Positions 1-9,526 of a stretch of DNA of 32,000 bases are shown here, piece by piece (position 1 is the stretch's first letter; each line of letters starts with the position of its first letter). Source of the stretch: Methanoregula sp. Its GTDB lineage: Archaea; Halobacteriota; Methanomicrobia; Methanomicrobiales; Methanospirillaceae. A program made the translations under genes and the position numbers. The DNA lies in contig NZ_JBEKLH010000001.1 in NCBI RefSeq assembly GCF_050010295.1, positions 443,358 to 475,357 on the forward strand, in the 5' to 3' direction. The notes under the pieces were generated by a model, which worked only from the letters and a program-made list of their open reading frames with translations, was not told the origin of the DNA and did not search any database.

Positions 1-178
1 AGGTACGGTTCATCAGATCATCCTCATGCGGTGATATTCGGGTATTGAATAAAAATGTTATGAATTGGGTACCGGTTTTCCCTTCAGGATGAATACCGGC
101 AATTTACTGCCGCAAACTTGAGTTTTATGCCACACATTCCACCCGTTTTTGGCGGATGGCAAAAGGTTAATACGAACC

Positions 179-439
179 CTACTTCTCTTCCCGTACCATG
201 GTTATTGCCTTTTTCGGGCACTCATTTGCGCAGATACCGCAGCCCTTGCAGAAGTCCAGGTCGATGGCAAGCTCTTCATCGATGGCCGCATCGGGGCAGT
301 ACGTCTGGCAGAGCCCGCATTCGTTGCACTTCTCTTTATCCACAACGGGACGGAATACCCTCCACGTCCCGGTTTTTCCGGCCGCGCCCACAACGGGCCT
401 GCTCATGGCGAGGCGTTCGCGTTTTGTGTCGCTTGTCAT
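179..439 (-). CDS. 2-oxoacid:ferredoxin oxidoreductase (POR/VOR/KOR family), delta subunit (2x[4Fe-4S] ferredoxin type)
   Basis: 86 aa with two CxxCxxCxxxCP motifs (CNECGLCQTYCP, CKGCGICANECP) and the GxTGxWRxxRPV N-terminal pattern typical of POR/VOR delta subunits. Its start overlaps the stop of the gamma subunit gene. Confidence 0.85.
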   Translation of the reverse strand: MTSDTKRERLAMSRPVVGAAGKTGTWRVFRPVVDKEKCNECGLCQTYCPDAAIDEELAIDLDFCKGCGICANECPKKAITMVREEK

Positions 440-963
440 GAATGGACCTCCCTATAGGCAGCTTCAGCCGCCTTGACATTGCGCTCGTCAGTGAACATTT
501 CCCTGATAGCCTTTATTGCCGATTCGGGTGAGATGATCCCCATCCTGGCAAGAGCCCCTATCACCGGTGTGTTAAGGATCGGGCTTCCTGCAACAACAAG
601 GTTCTCCTTCAGTGCAATCCCGGTCAGATCGACATGGCCGGACGAAAAGCCCCCGAATTCCTTTGCATGGGCGCTGTTGATCAGCACCCTTCCGCCGGAC
701 TTGAGCCCCTGCAGGACATCGACCACATCCATCACACTTGCGTCCAGCACAATTACCATGTCAGGTTTTTTGATCTGGCTGTAGACCCTGATCGGCTTGT
801 CATCGATCCGGACGAACGAGACGATCGGCGCCCCCCGGCGCTCGGCACCGTAAAACGGTGCTGCGGTTGCATACTTACCGTCATGGATGGCCGCGAGCGC
901 GAGGAGCCTGGCTGCAGTGACACCTCCCTGCCCGCCCCGCGAATGGATCCGGATCTCATACAT
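436..963 (-). CDS. 2-oxoacid:ferredoxin oxidoreductase, gamma subunit
   Basis: 175 aa. The N-terminus MYEIRIHSRGGQGGVTAARLLA carries the GRGGQG-type motif of the gamma subunit family. It overlaps the alpha subunit stop by 8 nt. Confidence 0.85.
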   Translation of the reverse strand: MYEIRIHSRGGQGGVTAARLLALAAIHDGKYATAAPFYGAERRGAPIVSFVRIDDKPIRVYSQIKKPDMVIVLDASVMDVVDVLQGLKSGGRVLINSAHAKEFGGFSSGHVDLTGIALKENLVVAGSPILNTPVIGALARMGIISPESAIKAIREMFTDERNVKAAEAAYREVHS

Positions 964-2068
964 GGCTGTTCACTCCGAACCAGGACTCCTCACCCATGCG
1001 CCGGTTCCGCACGAACCCGGCAATATCCTCGTACGTGACTTCCTGCCCGCCGATACCGGCGATCACGCTGAATATCTCTTTTTTGGTCTGGGCCATGATG
1101 GAGGTCGCAAGGATGCCACCGTGCCCGAAGGAATAGTCGCGGTCGATGACGACCACCTCTTTTCCGGCCAGGTCCAGTTTCGGGAACGGGCGGAGCCAGC
1201 GCAGGCGCATCGAACCGGCTTTTACGCCATCGCTGCGGAGCTGGTCAACAGCGACTTCCGCCTCCTTCCCCAGCGTGCCCATGGCTACGACGACCACCTC
1301 AGCATCCCCGCACAAGTAATCGTCGGTGAACCCGTATTTCCGGCCGAACCGCCGTCCGAATTCGATCTCCGTCTCTTCGATCACCTTCACCGAGTCCCGC
1401 ATCGAGCGCTCGATGTCCCAGCGGAACCTGAACTGCTGGTCAGGTCCGGTGAGCCCCCCGTATCCCGCCGGGTTCTTTACGTCAATGGCATGGGGCATGT
1501 GTAGCGGCGGGATGAAATCCCCCGGGTCGACCGTCTCGAGAGGCTGCATGATATGGGAGAGCAGGAACCCGTCAAGGTTCACCATCACCGGCAGGAGGAC
1601 GTCGTTATGTTCTGCGATCCGGAATGCCATCAGGGTTGCGTCATAGGCTTCCTGCACGGTGCTGACATAGACCTGCAGCCAGCCGGTGTCCCGCTCCTGC
1701 ATGGCGTCCGTGTGCTCCGCCCAGATGTTCCAGCCGGGCCCGAGCGAGCGGTTGACGTTGGCCATGACCACGGGAAGTCTTGCACCGGCAGCCCAGTTGG
1801 TCATCTCGTGCATGTAGAGGAGCCCGTGGGAGCTGGTTGCTGTAAAGGTGCGGACCCCTGTGATGCTCGCGCCGATGCAGGCCGCCATCGCAGAGTGTTC
1901 GCTCTCGACCGGAATGTACCGGGCCTTCAGTTCTCCGCTGGACACGAACTCCGCGATCTGTTCCACGATCTCGGTCTGCGGGGTGATGGGGTAGGCTGCG
2001 ATTACGTCGGGCTTCGCCTGTTTTACCGCTTCGGCAACCGCCTTGTTGCCGGTCGCGATCTTCTTCAT
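956..2068 (-). CDS. 2-oxoacid:ferredoxin oxidoreductase, alpha subunit
   Basis: 370 aa. N-terminus TGNKAVAEAVKQAKPDVIAAYPITPQTEIVE is typical of POR/VOR/KOR alpha. There is a 4-nt overlap with the beta gene. Confidence 0.9.
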   Translation of the reverse strand: MKKIATGNKAVAEAVKQAKPDVIAAYPITPQTEIVEQIAEFVSSGELKARYIPVESEHSAMAACIGASITGVRTFTATSSHGLLYMHEMTNWAAGARLPVVMANVNRSLGPGWNIWAEHTDAMQERDTGWLQVYVSTVQEAYDATLMAFRIAEHNDVLLPVMVNLDGFLLSHIMQPLETVDPGDFIPPLHMPHAIDVKNPAGYGGLTGPDQQFRFRWDIERSMRDSVKVIEETEIEFGRRFGRKYGFTDDYLCGDAEVVVVAMGTLGKEAEVAVDQLRSDGVKAGSMRLRWLRPFPKLDLAGKEVVVIDRDYSFGHGGILATSIMAQTKKEIFSVIAGIGGQEVTYEDIAGFVRNRRMGEESWFGVNSHV

Positions 2069-2952
2069 GGTGCTGCCTCCTCTGCTGCGAGTTTTGCAAA
2101 GGTTTTTGCGATCCGCTGTTTCAGGATCTCGACCGTCTTGGGATCGATACCCTTGAACCGGCCCTGCGGAGTGAGGTAGTCCTCGAGAGGGATGGGCTTT
2201 TTCATCGCCACTTTGGACTGGGCGCCCATCGTCAGTTTCCCATACTCGCGCTCATAGAGTACCCACATACCGGATTTCACGGCAAGTTTTCCCATCTCTA
2301 CCGTTTTCTCCGTTGAATACCGCCAGCCGGGCGGGCAGGGTGCGAGTACATGGATGAAGCTGGGCCCGCGAAATGTGAGGGCTTTCTGGACTTTCTTGAA
2401 AAGGTCCTGGGGGTACGCTGCGGCAGCGGTTGCCTGGTACGGCGGGTCGTGGGCTGCGATGATCGCATCGATATCCTTCTTGAAATCGGTCTTTCCCGTG
2501 GGTGTGGTCGTGGTCTTTGCCCCGAGCGGCGTCGCGCTGGACCGCTGCATACCGGTATTGCCGTAGGCCTCGTTGTCATAACAGATGTAGAGGAAATCGG
2601 TACCCCGCTCAAAGGCGCCTGACATGGACTGGATGCCAATATCGAGCGTCCCCCCGTCGCCGGCGTACACGATTACGTTCGTCTTTTTTCCTGCCGCCCG
2701 GAACGCGTTGCTCATGCCGCTGGCGCATGCAGCTGCCGCACCGAACGCGATATTGTAGACCGGGATTTTAAAGGCAGTATTCGGGTAGATTCCCTGGATG
2801 ACACTTGTACAACAGGCAGGCACGACCAGCACGGTGTCGGGCCCTGCAGCCTTGAGCACGTACCGGAGTGCGAGCGAATCGCTGCATCCGGCACAGGCCG
2901 AAGTACATTTCAGGATATATTCTTCCTTCGGAATTTCGGCGATAATCTCCAA
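2065..2952 (-). CDS. 2-oxoacid:ferredoxin oxidoreductase, beta (TPP-binding) subunit
   Basis: 295 aa with a CAGC Cys cluster near the N-terminus and the TPP motif GDGGTLDIG...NEAYGNTG. The apparent start codon is TTG at 2952. Confidence 0.9.
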   Translation of the reverse strand: MEIIAEIPKEEYILKCTSACAGCSDSLALRYVLKAAGPDTVLVVPACCTSVIQGIYPNTAFKIPVYNIAFGAAAACASGMSNAFRAAGKKTNVIVYAGDGGTLDIGIQSMSGAFERGTDFLYICYDNEAYGNTGMQRSSATPLGAKTTTTPTGKTDFKKDIDAIIAAHDPPYQATAAAAYPQDLFKKVQKALTFRGPSFIHVLAPCPPGWRYSTEKTVEMGKLAVKSGMWVLYEREYGKLTMGAQSKVAMKKPIPLEDYLTPQGRFKGIDPKTVEILKQRIAKTFAKLAAEEAAP

Positions 2953-3513
2953 CTCCTGCAGTGAATGAATGGGACTGGCGAAGGCGACAAAACGGTCGCG
3001 GTTCTATCAGTAGACATCGTTCTAAAATGTCAAAAATTGATCTGTTGTTCCGGGCCCGAAATGAACGGGCACACTTTCCTGAGTTACCCTCTTTTGGAGA
3101 ACTGGAGCTTCCGCGGGGAATCCGGTCTTTTTTACAGGTGTGAGATACTGATAACAGTACGAAAAAGGTTTCACTTTCACTCCGCCCGGTAGAGGTTTTA
3201 TCCCTGGCGTATAGTTACATGGTATATGGGGAGGACGAAATCTCCTCACAATGAGTCAGGTGCCAGGACGGCTCGCACTTCGCTCCTCCCGCCCTCTCAA
3301 ACAAGCGGGGTTTTACTTCTCATTTGAGGAGGAAACCTCTCTCAAAACCTGAAACCAACTCAAATCCTCTCAGACAAAAACCCCAATTCTTTTCTCTTTT
3401 ACAGGTATTTTTGGTGCAGCCGCTTGGTGCAGAGCACTTTTGGGCAATCATAATTTATTTTAAATTGGTTTCGTGCCAGCAAAAGGACAATATATTTTAG
3501 GATCATTTTTCTA

Positions 3514-4008
3514 ATGTCTGCTATGGCTCTCCGATCCCTGAATCTTCCCGGTATAGGAACAAAATACGAATTTGAGACTGATAAGGGCGATACCGTTGCA
3601 ATTTTTTTCACCAAGAACGGTTCAATCCAGATGTACACTCTCCAGAAAGGGTGCCATACCCCCAGTGCCGCTGACATGACCCCGGTAGAGGCGCGGAGGC
3701 TGGGGAATATCCTTACGGGTGCGATCATTGAAGCAGATCAGGAAAGCGTAGAGATTGCTTTCTCTGCCCTTGCCGATCTCCGGGTGACAATCCATACGTT
3801 TTACGTACCGAAAGCCATTGCCGGAAAGACCATCGAGGACCTGCAGATCCGGGCCAAGACCGGCGCGACCGTGATTGCAGTCTGCCGCCATGACAGGAAC
3901 ATTATCAACCCTCCACCAACATTTGTCTTTGAGACCGGGGACGCTGCGCTGGTCATAGGTGAGAGCGACCAGATAAAAAAGTTTGAGCGCGAGATCATGG
4001 TGGAGTAA
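3514..4008 (+). CDS. TrkA-C domain K+/H+ antiporter regulatory subunit (KhtT-like)
   Basis: 164 aa. The N-terminal LNLPGIGTKYEFET pattern resembles B. subtilis KhtT/YhaT. The C-terminal TrkA-C-like segment reads GKTIEDLQIRAKTGATVIAVCR. Its stop overlaps the next start (TAATG). Confidence 0.8.
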   Translation: MSAMALRSLNLPGIGTKYEFETDKGDTVAIFFTKNGSIQMYTLQKGCHTPSAADMTPVEARRLGNILTGAIIEADQESVEIAFSALADLRVTIHTFYVPKAIAGKTIEDLQIRAKTGATVIAVCRHDRNIINPPPTFVFETGDAALVIGESDQIKKFEREIMVE

Positions 4009-5150
4009 TGGAAGGTCTCGTAATCGCGCTTTTCCTCTGCCTTATCCTGGCGCTGGTCACCAAGTATCTGTCGATCCCTGCAATTCCGTTTTACATCCTC
4101 ACCGGGGTCCTTCTCGGGAAGGCCGGGCTCGGGATGGTCCAGGCCGATGATATCAGCCAGTTCTTCTCGGAGATGGGTCTGATCTTCCTGCTGTTTTTCA
4201 TGGGGCTCGGCCTCAAGCCCGAGCGGATCGCGGCCAACCGATCTGCGGTCCTGACCAGCGGGATCATTGACCTCAACATCAATATGTTCATTGGGTTTTT
4301 TGCTGCGTACCTGCTCGGTTTCTCGATGACGGAATCGCTGATTGTTGCCTCGGCATTCTATATATCGAGCACGGCCATGGCGATCACATCGCTTGTCGAG
4401 AACAGGAAACTGATGTTCCGCGAGGCCGAGACGATCATCTGGCTGATGGTCTTTGAAGACCTCGTGCTGATCATCTTCCTCGCGATCATCTCAGCCGGGG
4501 ACCAGAACCTCCTCTTATTTGTCGCAAAAATCCTGGGTGTCCTTGGTATCCTGTACGCGTTTGCCCATTACGGCAAGGAGTTCCTCATCTCCATCCTCGA
4601 CCGGGATGACGAACTGCCCATCATCTTCACGTTTGCAGCAGTGCTTACCACGGCATCGGTTGCCCTGGTGCTCGATATCCCGGAGACCCTTATGGTGATC
4701 GCGCTTGGCGTTGCGTTCGCGACAACCGACCCCGATGCGTTCGAGCAGCACGCCCGCCCTTTCAAGGACGTCTTCCTCGTGGTCTTCTTTGTCTTTTTCG
4801 GGGTAACGATTGACTTTTCCGGGGGGGCGAACCTGTTTAATATCTCGGTTATCTGCATCCTTGCCGTGCTGAGCAAACTCCTTTCGGGACTGATCACGGG
4901 CCTGGTCATCCACGAATCGGCCTTGTCGGGTCTTGAAATATGGGCGAACACCATCGGGAGAGGGGAATTCTCGATCGCGCTTGCCGTACTGTACGGGTCT
5001 CCGGTTGTCGGAACAACAATTGCAGCGATGGTCATCGTGACCTCGATCATCGGGTCCTTCGCTGCAAAATACAGCACGATACTGCGGCGTGGGATCACCC
5101 ATATCGGAAGGAGAAAAGCCCCGACGCACCGCGTCCACTCCGGCCGCTGA
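4008..5150 (+). CDS. cation:proton antiporter (CPA2 / Kef-KhtU type)
   Basis: 380 aa, polytopic and hydrophobic throughout, with a Na+/H+ exchanger-family look. It is translationally coupled to the upstream TrkA-C gene. Confidence 0.85.
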   Translation: MEGLVIALFLCLILALVTKYLSIPAIPFYILTGVLLGKAGLGMVQADDISQFFSEMGLIFLLFFMGLGLKPERIAANRSAVLTSGIIDLNINMFIGFFAAYLLGFSMTESLIVASAFYISSTAMAITSLVENRKLMFREAETIIWLMVFEDLVLIIFLAIISAGDQNLLLFVAKILGVLGILYAFAHYGKEFLISILDRDDELPIIFTFAAVLTTASVALVLDIPETLMVIALGVAFATTDPDAFEQHARPFKDVFLVVFFVFFGVTIDFSGGANLFNISVICILAVLSKLLSGLITGLVIHESALSGLEIWANTIGRGEFSIALAVLYGSPVVGTTIAAMVIVTSIIGSFAAKYSTILRRGITHIGRRKAPTHRVHSGR

Positions 5151-5153
5151 AAC

Positions 5154-5813
5154 TCATTCGATCAGAACAAGCCCGACCGAGTGGATGTCGGAATGCACAA
5201 TCTTCCCGTACTCGAGGTCTTTGCAGGGAATCGTGAAAAGGTCCCACCCCACGTTTTTTGCTGTAGCAAAGACATCTATACAGGCCGCTTCCATGGACGG
5301 GCGGACCAGATCCATGTGCCGGCACTTCCTGCGCAGGCTCTCGTCGACAAGGCCCTCCTGCTCTTCCGCAACACAATGCTGGTGCTCGCACCAGATGCAC
5401 GGGTAGCCCCCGAACCCGAATGCCTTATAAAAACCATCATAGAATGCGGTCTTCTCGAGAAGATGCACGGTGCCGTTCACCCAGCGGATGAGATCGCTGT
5501 ACCATGGGTGGAAGTCCTCGGGGATATCGTCCGGGCCAAACGTCCCGTGTCCCGGCACACCATCGAAGCGCAGGAGAATGCCGGCGGAATATTCCCCAAC
5601 CATACGGAGAGTCTCATCGTATGACGGGGCATAGGGTGGGCAGCCGAAATGTTTGCCATATCCCTTACAACCATACCGGCACTTGAACCGGACCCACTGG
5701 GAGACAACGACTTCATCGGGAGTGATTTCGTGGACGTACACACCCGATTCCCCTGCAAGTCCCCGCAGTTTTTCGATCTCTTCCAAGAGGTCAGCTACCA
5801 TAGGTATCCTCAA
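5154..5813 (-). CDS. DUF2284-type predicted metal-binding protein
   Basis: 219 aa with Cys motifs CRYGCKGYGKHFGCPPY and CIWCEHQHC, characteristic of the DUF2284 family as I recall it. Confidence 0.65.
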   Translation of the reverse strand: MRIPMVADLLEEIEKLRGLAGESGVYVHEITPDEVVVSQWVRFKCRYGCKGYGKHFGCPPYAPSYDETLRMVGEYSAGILLRFDGVPGHGTFGPDDIPEDFHPWYSDLIRWVNGTVHLLEKTAFYDGFYKAFGFGGYPCIWCEHQHCVAEEQEGLVDESLRRKCRHMDLVRPSMEAACIDVFATAKNVGWDLFTIPCKDLEYGKIVHSDIHSVGLVLIE

Positions 5814-5855
5814 TGAGCCAATGCAGGTCAGTGACGATAAATGTTTGGTGAGGGA

Positions 5856-6302
5856 TTATTGCGGGTGGTGGGGATCATGGGACCTTTTGTCGATGATACG
5901 CTGGACAACGAGACGGGAACTGCACAGGTCCCCGTCAGCATATTTGCCGATACGGACAATCCGCGGGTTCAGGTTGCGGGCCCCGAGCTGTTCCGCTAAC
6001 TTTGCCTCGTCGAACATCTGGTTGAACCCGATGGTGATGATGTCGGGGTGGATCTCCTCAATCGGGCGGAACATATCCTTTTTATCCCCAAGGACTGCAT
6101 GGTCGACGGTTTTCAACCCTGCAACCATCCGGAGGCGGTGCTCCTCCGGGATGATCGGGCGGGGCTTGTGTTTTACGTTGGTGTCCCGGGCCACGATCAC
6201 CCAGAGCTCGTCGCCGAGCTTCTTTGATTCCTCGAGATAGAAGAGGTGGCCCGGGTGCAGGATATCGAACGTTCCGGTGGCGACGACACGACGGGGGTTC
6301 AA
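5856..6302 (-). CDS. ribL: archaeal FAD synthase (FMN adenylyltransferase) RibL, cytidylyltransferase family
   Basis: VVATGTFDILHPGHLFYLEE (HxGH nucleotidyltransferase motif) and a size of about 149 aa match RibL. The ORF track extends to an ATG at 6347. A TTG at 6302 overlaps the upstream gene stop (TTGA) and gives the canonical N-terminus. Confidence 0.8.
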   Translation of the reverse strand: MNPRRVVATGTFDILHPGHLFYLEESKKLGDELWVIVARDTNVKHKPRPIIPEEHRLRMVAGLKTVDHAVLGDKKDMFRPIEEIHPDIITIGFNQMFDEAKLAEQLGARNLNPRIVRIGKYADGDLCSSRLVVQRIIDKRSHDPHHPQ

Positions 6303-6670
6303 GCGATCACCTCCAGATCGTACGGCTCCCCGTCCGCGGTAAAGCACCGCCAGTTGTCCTTCCCGTACGGATAACCGATGATCAGGTGGTACTTTCCCGT
6401 CCGCGGGAAAAAATTCACATCAGCGGAGGAGGGCCTGAGTACGCCATTGGGGTGGCTGTGGGCACTACCAGCGACATGGGTGTCCAGGGGCATCATGGTA
6501 TACAGGAGCGAAGCTGAATCCCCGCGGCCGACCGTCCCGGGAAGGAGGTTGAGCTCTTCCATGATGCCATCGCGTTCCCGGAGCAGGCCGACGAACTCAT
6601 TCGGGTGGCTGTCGCGCCCCATCTCAAGAAGGAGTAAAAGGAGGTCATGTCGGATACCGTGGATGTTCAT
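6299..6670 (-). CDS. JAB1/MPN/JAMM-domain metalloprotease
   Basis: JAMM motif E...HSHPNGVLRPSSAD (HxHx7Sx2D). The ORF track starts at 6727. A TATA-like TTTTTAAA at about 6738-6750 is too close to 6727, which favours the ATG at 6670 (MNIHGIRHDLL...). Confidence 0.8.
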   Translation of the reverse strand: MNIHGIRHDLLLLLLEMGRDSHPNEFVGLLRERDGIMEELNLLPGTVGRGDSASLLYTMMPLDTHVAGSAHSHPNGVLRPSSADVNFFPRTGKYHLIIGYPYGKDNWRCFTADGEPYDLEVIA

Positions 6671-7102
6671 GGGATACTTCCTGCAGAATGTCCGGAGTTG
6701 TACTGAACTATGGTTGTTGTTCTGCAAAAAAGGCTCCTTTAAAAATCGGGGGGATCATCGCTCGGCTTTTACAAGGTCCCCCGACATGTCCCGGGACAGG
6801 TCAGCGTTGGCAAAGGATGTGCTGTTCGGAGGCGTTGCTCCAAGTCCTGGTGTTCCATCCAGCTCTACTGAAGTATCCGGAGCCATCTCGATATCACAAA
6901 AATAGCCATTGGTGCGCAGGCCCTCGAAATGAAGGGGAGGCAGTATGGCATGTTACGTCCTTTCACCAGATCCGGCAGGAACAGGACCTTCAGCCATCCC
7001 TGTTGTGATGTAATACGTGAAGATCGACGGGCTCTTAGCGGCATCTATCAATGGGGATAAGGTTTCTGCCGGCATGGACAGGATCTTTTCCGTGAGAGAA
7101 AA

Positions 7103-7384
7103 TCATCGCCTGCCAGTCACCTTGATGACATGGTACCCGAACTGGGTCTTGACCGGGCCCACGACCTTGCCAACCTGTTCCTCGAATGCGATCTTCTCGA
7201 ACTCGGGGACCATCATCCCCTTTCCAAACCATCCAAGGTCGCCTCCCTGTTTACCGGACGGGCAGCTGGAGAACCTCCGCGCGACCTTGTCAAACTCCTC
7301 ACCGTCGTTGAGGCGTTTCAGGATCTGGTTTGCCTGGTCTTCGGTCTTCACGAGAATATGGGAGGCGCGTGCCTGTGTGGTCAT
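7103..7384 (-). CDS. parvulin-type peptidyl-prolyl cis-trans isomerase (PpiC family)
   Basis: 93 aa from the internal ATG (MTTQARASHILVKTEDQA...GGDLGWFGKGMMVPEFE...GYHVIKV), a size and sequence typical of single-domain archaeal parvulins. The 47-aa upstream extension in the ORF track looks non-coding. Confidence 0.85.
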   Translation of the reverse strand: MTTQARASHILVKTEDQANQILKRLNDGEEFDKVARRFSSCPSGKQGGDLGWFGKGMMVPEFEKIAFEEQVGKVVGPVKTQFGYHVIKVTGRR

Positions 7385-7557
7385 ATATAGAAATGAGCAA
7401 CTGATGGAATAAAATGGTTGATAAAAACAGGCATCTCCCCCGGCTTTATAGTAAGTGCGATTGTTCAGATTATCAAAAAAATCCTGTAACGTCTGTCTCT
7501 CTCCTGGCCACCGGAGTAAACTCAATTTTTATCTCATATCCCATGCAAGTTCACACT

Positions 7558-7896
7558 ATGGCAAAAGGGAATTTCTGGCTTGCAGCGCTTGCGGGATTTA
7601 TCATTATGGTGCTCCTTGGGGGGGTTCTGCCCATCCTTGGGCCTATTATAGGGGGGGTCGTCGCGGGGCTGATCGCAAAAGGCGGAATGTGGAACGGGGC
7701 AAAGGCCGGATGTGTTGCAGGCATTTTCGGTGCGCTGGTTACGAGCATTATTGCGCTGGTTATCGGAACGATGGCACTTGGACTGCTGGGATTTCTGGCG
7801 GCACTGGGTGTCGGACTGATCCTGGTGATCCTTGCTCTTTACTTTGCGATACTCGGGCTCGTGGGTGGGGCAATCGGGGGAATTGTCGGCAACTAG
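7558..7896 (+). CDS. small Gly-rich integral membrane protein (DUF5518-like)
   Basis: About 112 aa from MAKGNFWLAALAGF (alternative ATG at 7543). It has 3-4 hydrophobic Gly/Ala/Ile/Leu-rich helices and ends GGAIGGIVGN. Confidence 0.6.
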   Translation: MAKGNFWLAALAGFIIMVLLGGVLPILGPIIGGVVAGLIAKGGMWNGAKAGCVAGIFGALVTSIIALVIGTMALGLLGFLAALGVGLILVILALYFAILGLVGGAIGGIVGN

Positions 7897-8072
7897 GGAA
7901 CATCTCATTCAGGCAGTTTCCCTCTTTTAAAATTTGTAAAAAAGGGCTCTGCAGAAAACTTGCATTCTCCGAGGAAATCCCAAAAGCAATTTTAAAAAGA
8001 AAGAGGAAATCAATTTAGTTGCTCTGAAAATTTCAACAGATCCGTTTAATTATTAATTATGCAATAGCAGGT

Positions 8073-9485
8073 TCAGAACTCCCCGTCCTGCTCGAAACTC
8101 CGCCCGTACCGGATCGCCAGCTCAGCCTTGTAGAGCTCACGGCCGAGGTAGCCGGCATGATCCAGCAGAGAGACTTCCCCCTGAGACAGGAGGGTGTACA
8201 GAACATCCTGCCAGCACTTTCCCTGCACGGCCTTTCCATGGATCACTGCCACGATCCGGTTGCCTTCGATGCCAATCCGGAAGTTCCCTTTCGGATCGTA
8301 CCCGATCTCCTCCGGCATCTTCTTTGCGGGGATGATCGTGTCGTAGTCCAGCGGGGGCTCGCACCGTCGCCGTTTCTCCTTCAGGACGAGGAGGTCGATG
8401 CCGAGGTCTTTGGGGTACGGGCGGTCACGGGCAAGGGCCATCATCTCCGTCGCTCTCCGCATCTCGCGGATGCACCCCCGGGTCTTGTCCGAATGCTCGC
8501 TGGTGAAGACCACAGCAGCTTCCACCTCCATTGCCATCGCTGAGAGGAGGGCGTTGAGACCGACAGAGTCTGCATCAAGGAGCTCTGATACGTTTCCTGC
8601 CCCGAAAAAGAGGGGACAGCCGATCTTTTTGAAATTTTTCAGAGATTTGACAAGGCCTGACCCCACCGGCTGCAGGAGAGGATCGGCAATGATGCACGAA
8701 ATCCCCATCCGTTTTGCCATCGCAATGTTCTTCGCAAGAGTGCTTGAACCGGGTACAATAACCGCAGCTGCACCTGCCTCAGCCACCTCTTTCCCGACTT
8801 TGGGTATGTTGCGTTCCTGCAGGCTGAGCACGATATCTGCCCGCCCGAGCGCCGCGCGGATCAGGGCAGGGTCCTGCGTGTCCACGGCAAGCGGGCGATC
8901 GATCCCTTCGAGGAGAGAAAAGGTATTCTTTACATCTTCCGGCATTGCATCGAACCCGAACCCGAGATCAACAATGTCTGCACCCGATGCGAAGTACAGC
9001 TCAGTCATCTCGCGGACGCTCTCGCACCGGTGCGCATCCATGATCTCGGCGAGCACCTTCATCCTCGATTCTCCGCCGATCTTCACACCTCGGATAATGC
9101 AGTCAGCTCCGGAGTCCCTCTCCAGTTCCCCGACCCGGCGCATCGCCTCTTCTGCTTTTTTTGTTGTGAGGAAATCATCGGCCGGAACCGTGCGTGAAAG
9201 AGTGACCGAACCGAGGACCGGCAGGATCAATGCAAGGTCAGCAGCATGCCTCGGCCCAAGATATACCGGGACACCGCTCTCATGTTCGACCTGTTCAAAT
9301 GATGCAGTACACATCCCGGAGACAATGGCAAGATCGTACGCGCCTTTCTTCAGGAGTTCCCCAAGGTGGTGCGGCGTCAGGAACGAAGCGATCTCTCCTG
9401 TGACCACCACATCAGCGTCATACCCGGCTGCAGCCTTTCTTACCATCTGTTCGGTGGGAGCGCCGGTCGGGAGGAGAATGCGCAT
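8073..9485 (-). CDS. dihydropteroate synthase-like protein (MJ0107 family, pterin-binding barrel plus C-terminal extra domain)
   Basis: 470 aa. The central pterin-binding-like segment reads GADIVDLGFGFDA ... AVDTQDP ... GAGNVSEL. The archaeal DHPS-related architecture has an added C-terminal domain of about 100 aa. Confidence 0.75.
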   Translation of the reverse strand: MRILLPTGAPTEQMVRKAAAGYDADVVVTGEIASFLTPHHLGELLKKGAYDLAIVSGMCTASFEQVEHESGVPVYLGPRHAADLALILPVLGSVTLSRTVPADDFLTTKKAEEAMRRVGELERDSGADCIIRGVKIGGESRMKVLAEIMDAHRCESVREMTELYFASGADIVDLGFGFDAMPEDVKNTFSLLEGIDRPLAVDTQDPALIRAALGRADIVLSLQERNIPKVGKEVAEAGAAAVIVPGSSTLAKNIAMAKRMGISCIIADPLLQPVGSGLVKSLKNFKKIGCPLFFGAGNVSELLDADSVGLNALLSAMAMEVEAAVVFTSEHSDKTRGCIREMRRATEMMALARDRPYPKDLGIDLLVLKEKRRRCEPPLDYDTIIPAKKMPEEIGYDPKGNFRIGIEGNRIVAVIHGKAVQGKCWQDVLYTLLSQGEVSLLDHAGYLGRELYKAELAIRYGRSFEQDGEF

Positions 9486-9526
9486 AAGTTCCCTTAATAC
9501 CAGAGAGATAAAAACACTATGATCAG

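Noticed and set aside
1-178. A possible minus-strand gene start (ATG at 11-13, MNRT...) leaving the window, and a terminator downstream of the delta subunit.
   Set aside because: Only 4 codons are visible and no supporting signal can be evaluated.
887-2179. Long plus-strand ORFs (887-1504, 1553-2179) antisense to the oxidoreductase alpha subunit. Similar antisense or shadow ORFs occur at 8398-9522, 10249-11034, 11663-12514, 13517-14362, 17860-18816, 23800-24627 and 30713-31435.
   Set aside because: Each lies opposite, or out of frame with, a gene that has clear family motifs. Their translations are Arg/Pro/Gly/Ser-rich low-complexity sequences, typical of shadow ORFs in GC-rich DNA.
2953-3513. 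A 560-bp intergenic region upstream of the K+/H+ antiporter pair, considered as a possible riboswitch or ncRNA (e.g. a c-di-AMP-type K+ transport leader).
   Set aside because: I could find only weak, short complementary segments (CCCGC/GCGGG, TCCTCC/GGAGGA) and no recognisable conserved riboswitch core. Such riboswitches are bacterial. I cannot support a call.
6755-6886. 43-aa minus-strand ORF (MAPDTSVELDGTPGLGATPPNSTSFANADLSRDMSGDLVKAER) in the 375-bp gap between the parvulin and JAMM genes.
   Set aside because: It has no SD or properly spaced TATA, its composition is low-complexity, and a frame this long could be open by chance. The gap more likely holds the JAMM-ribL promoter.
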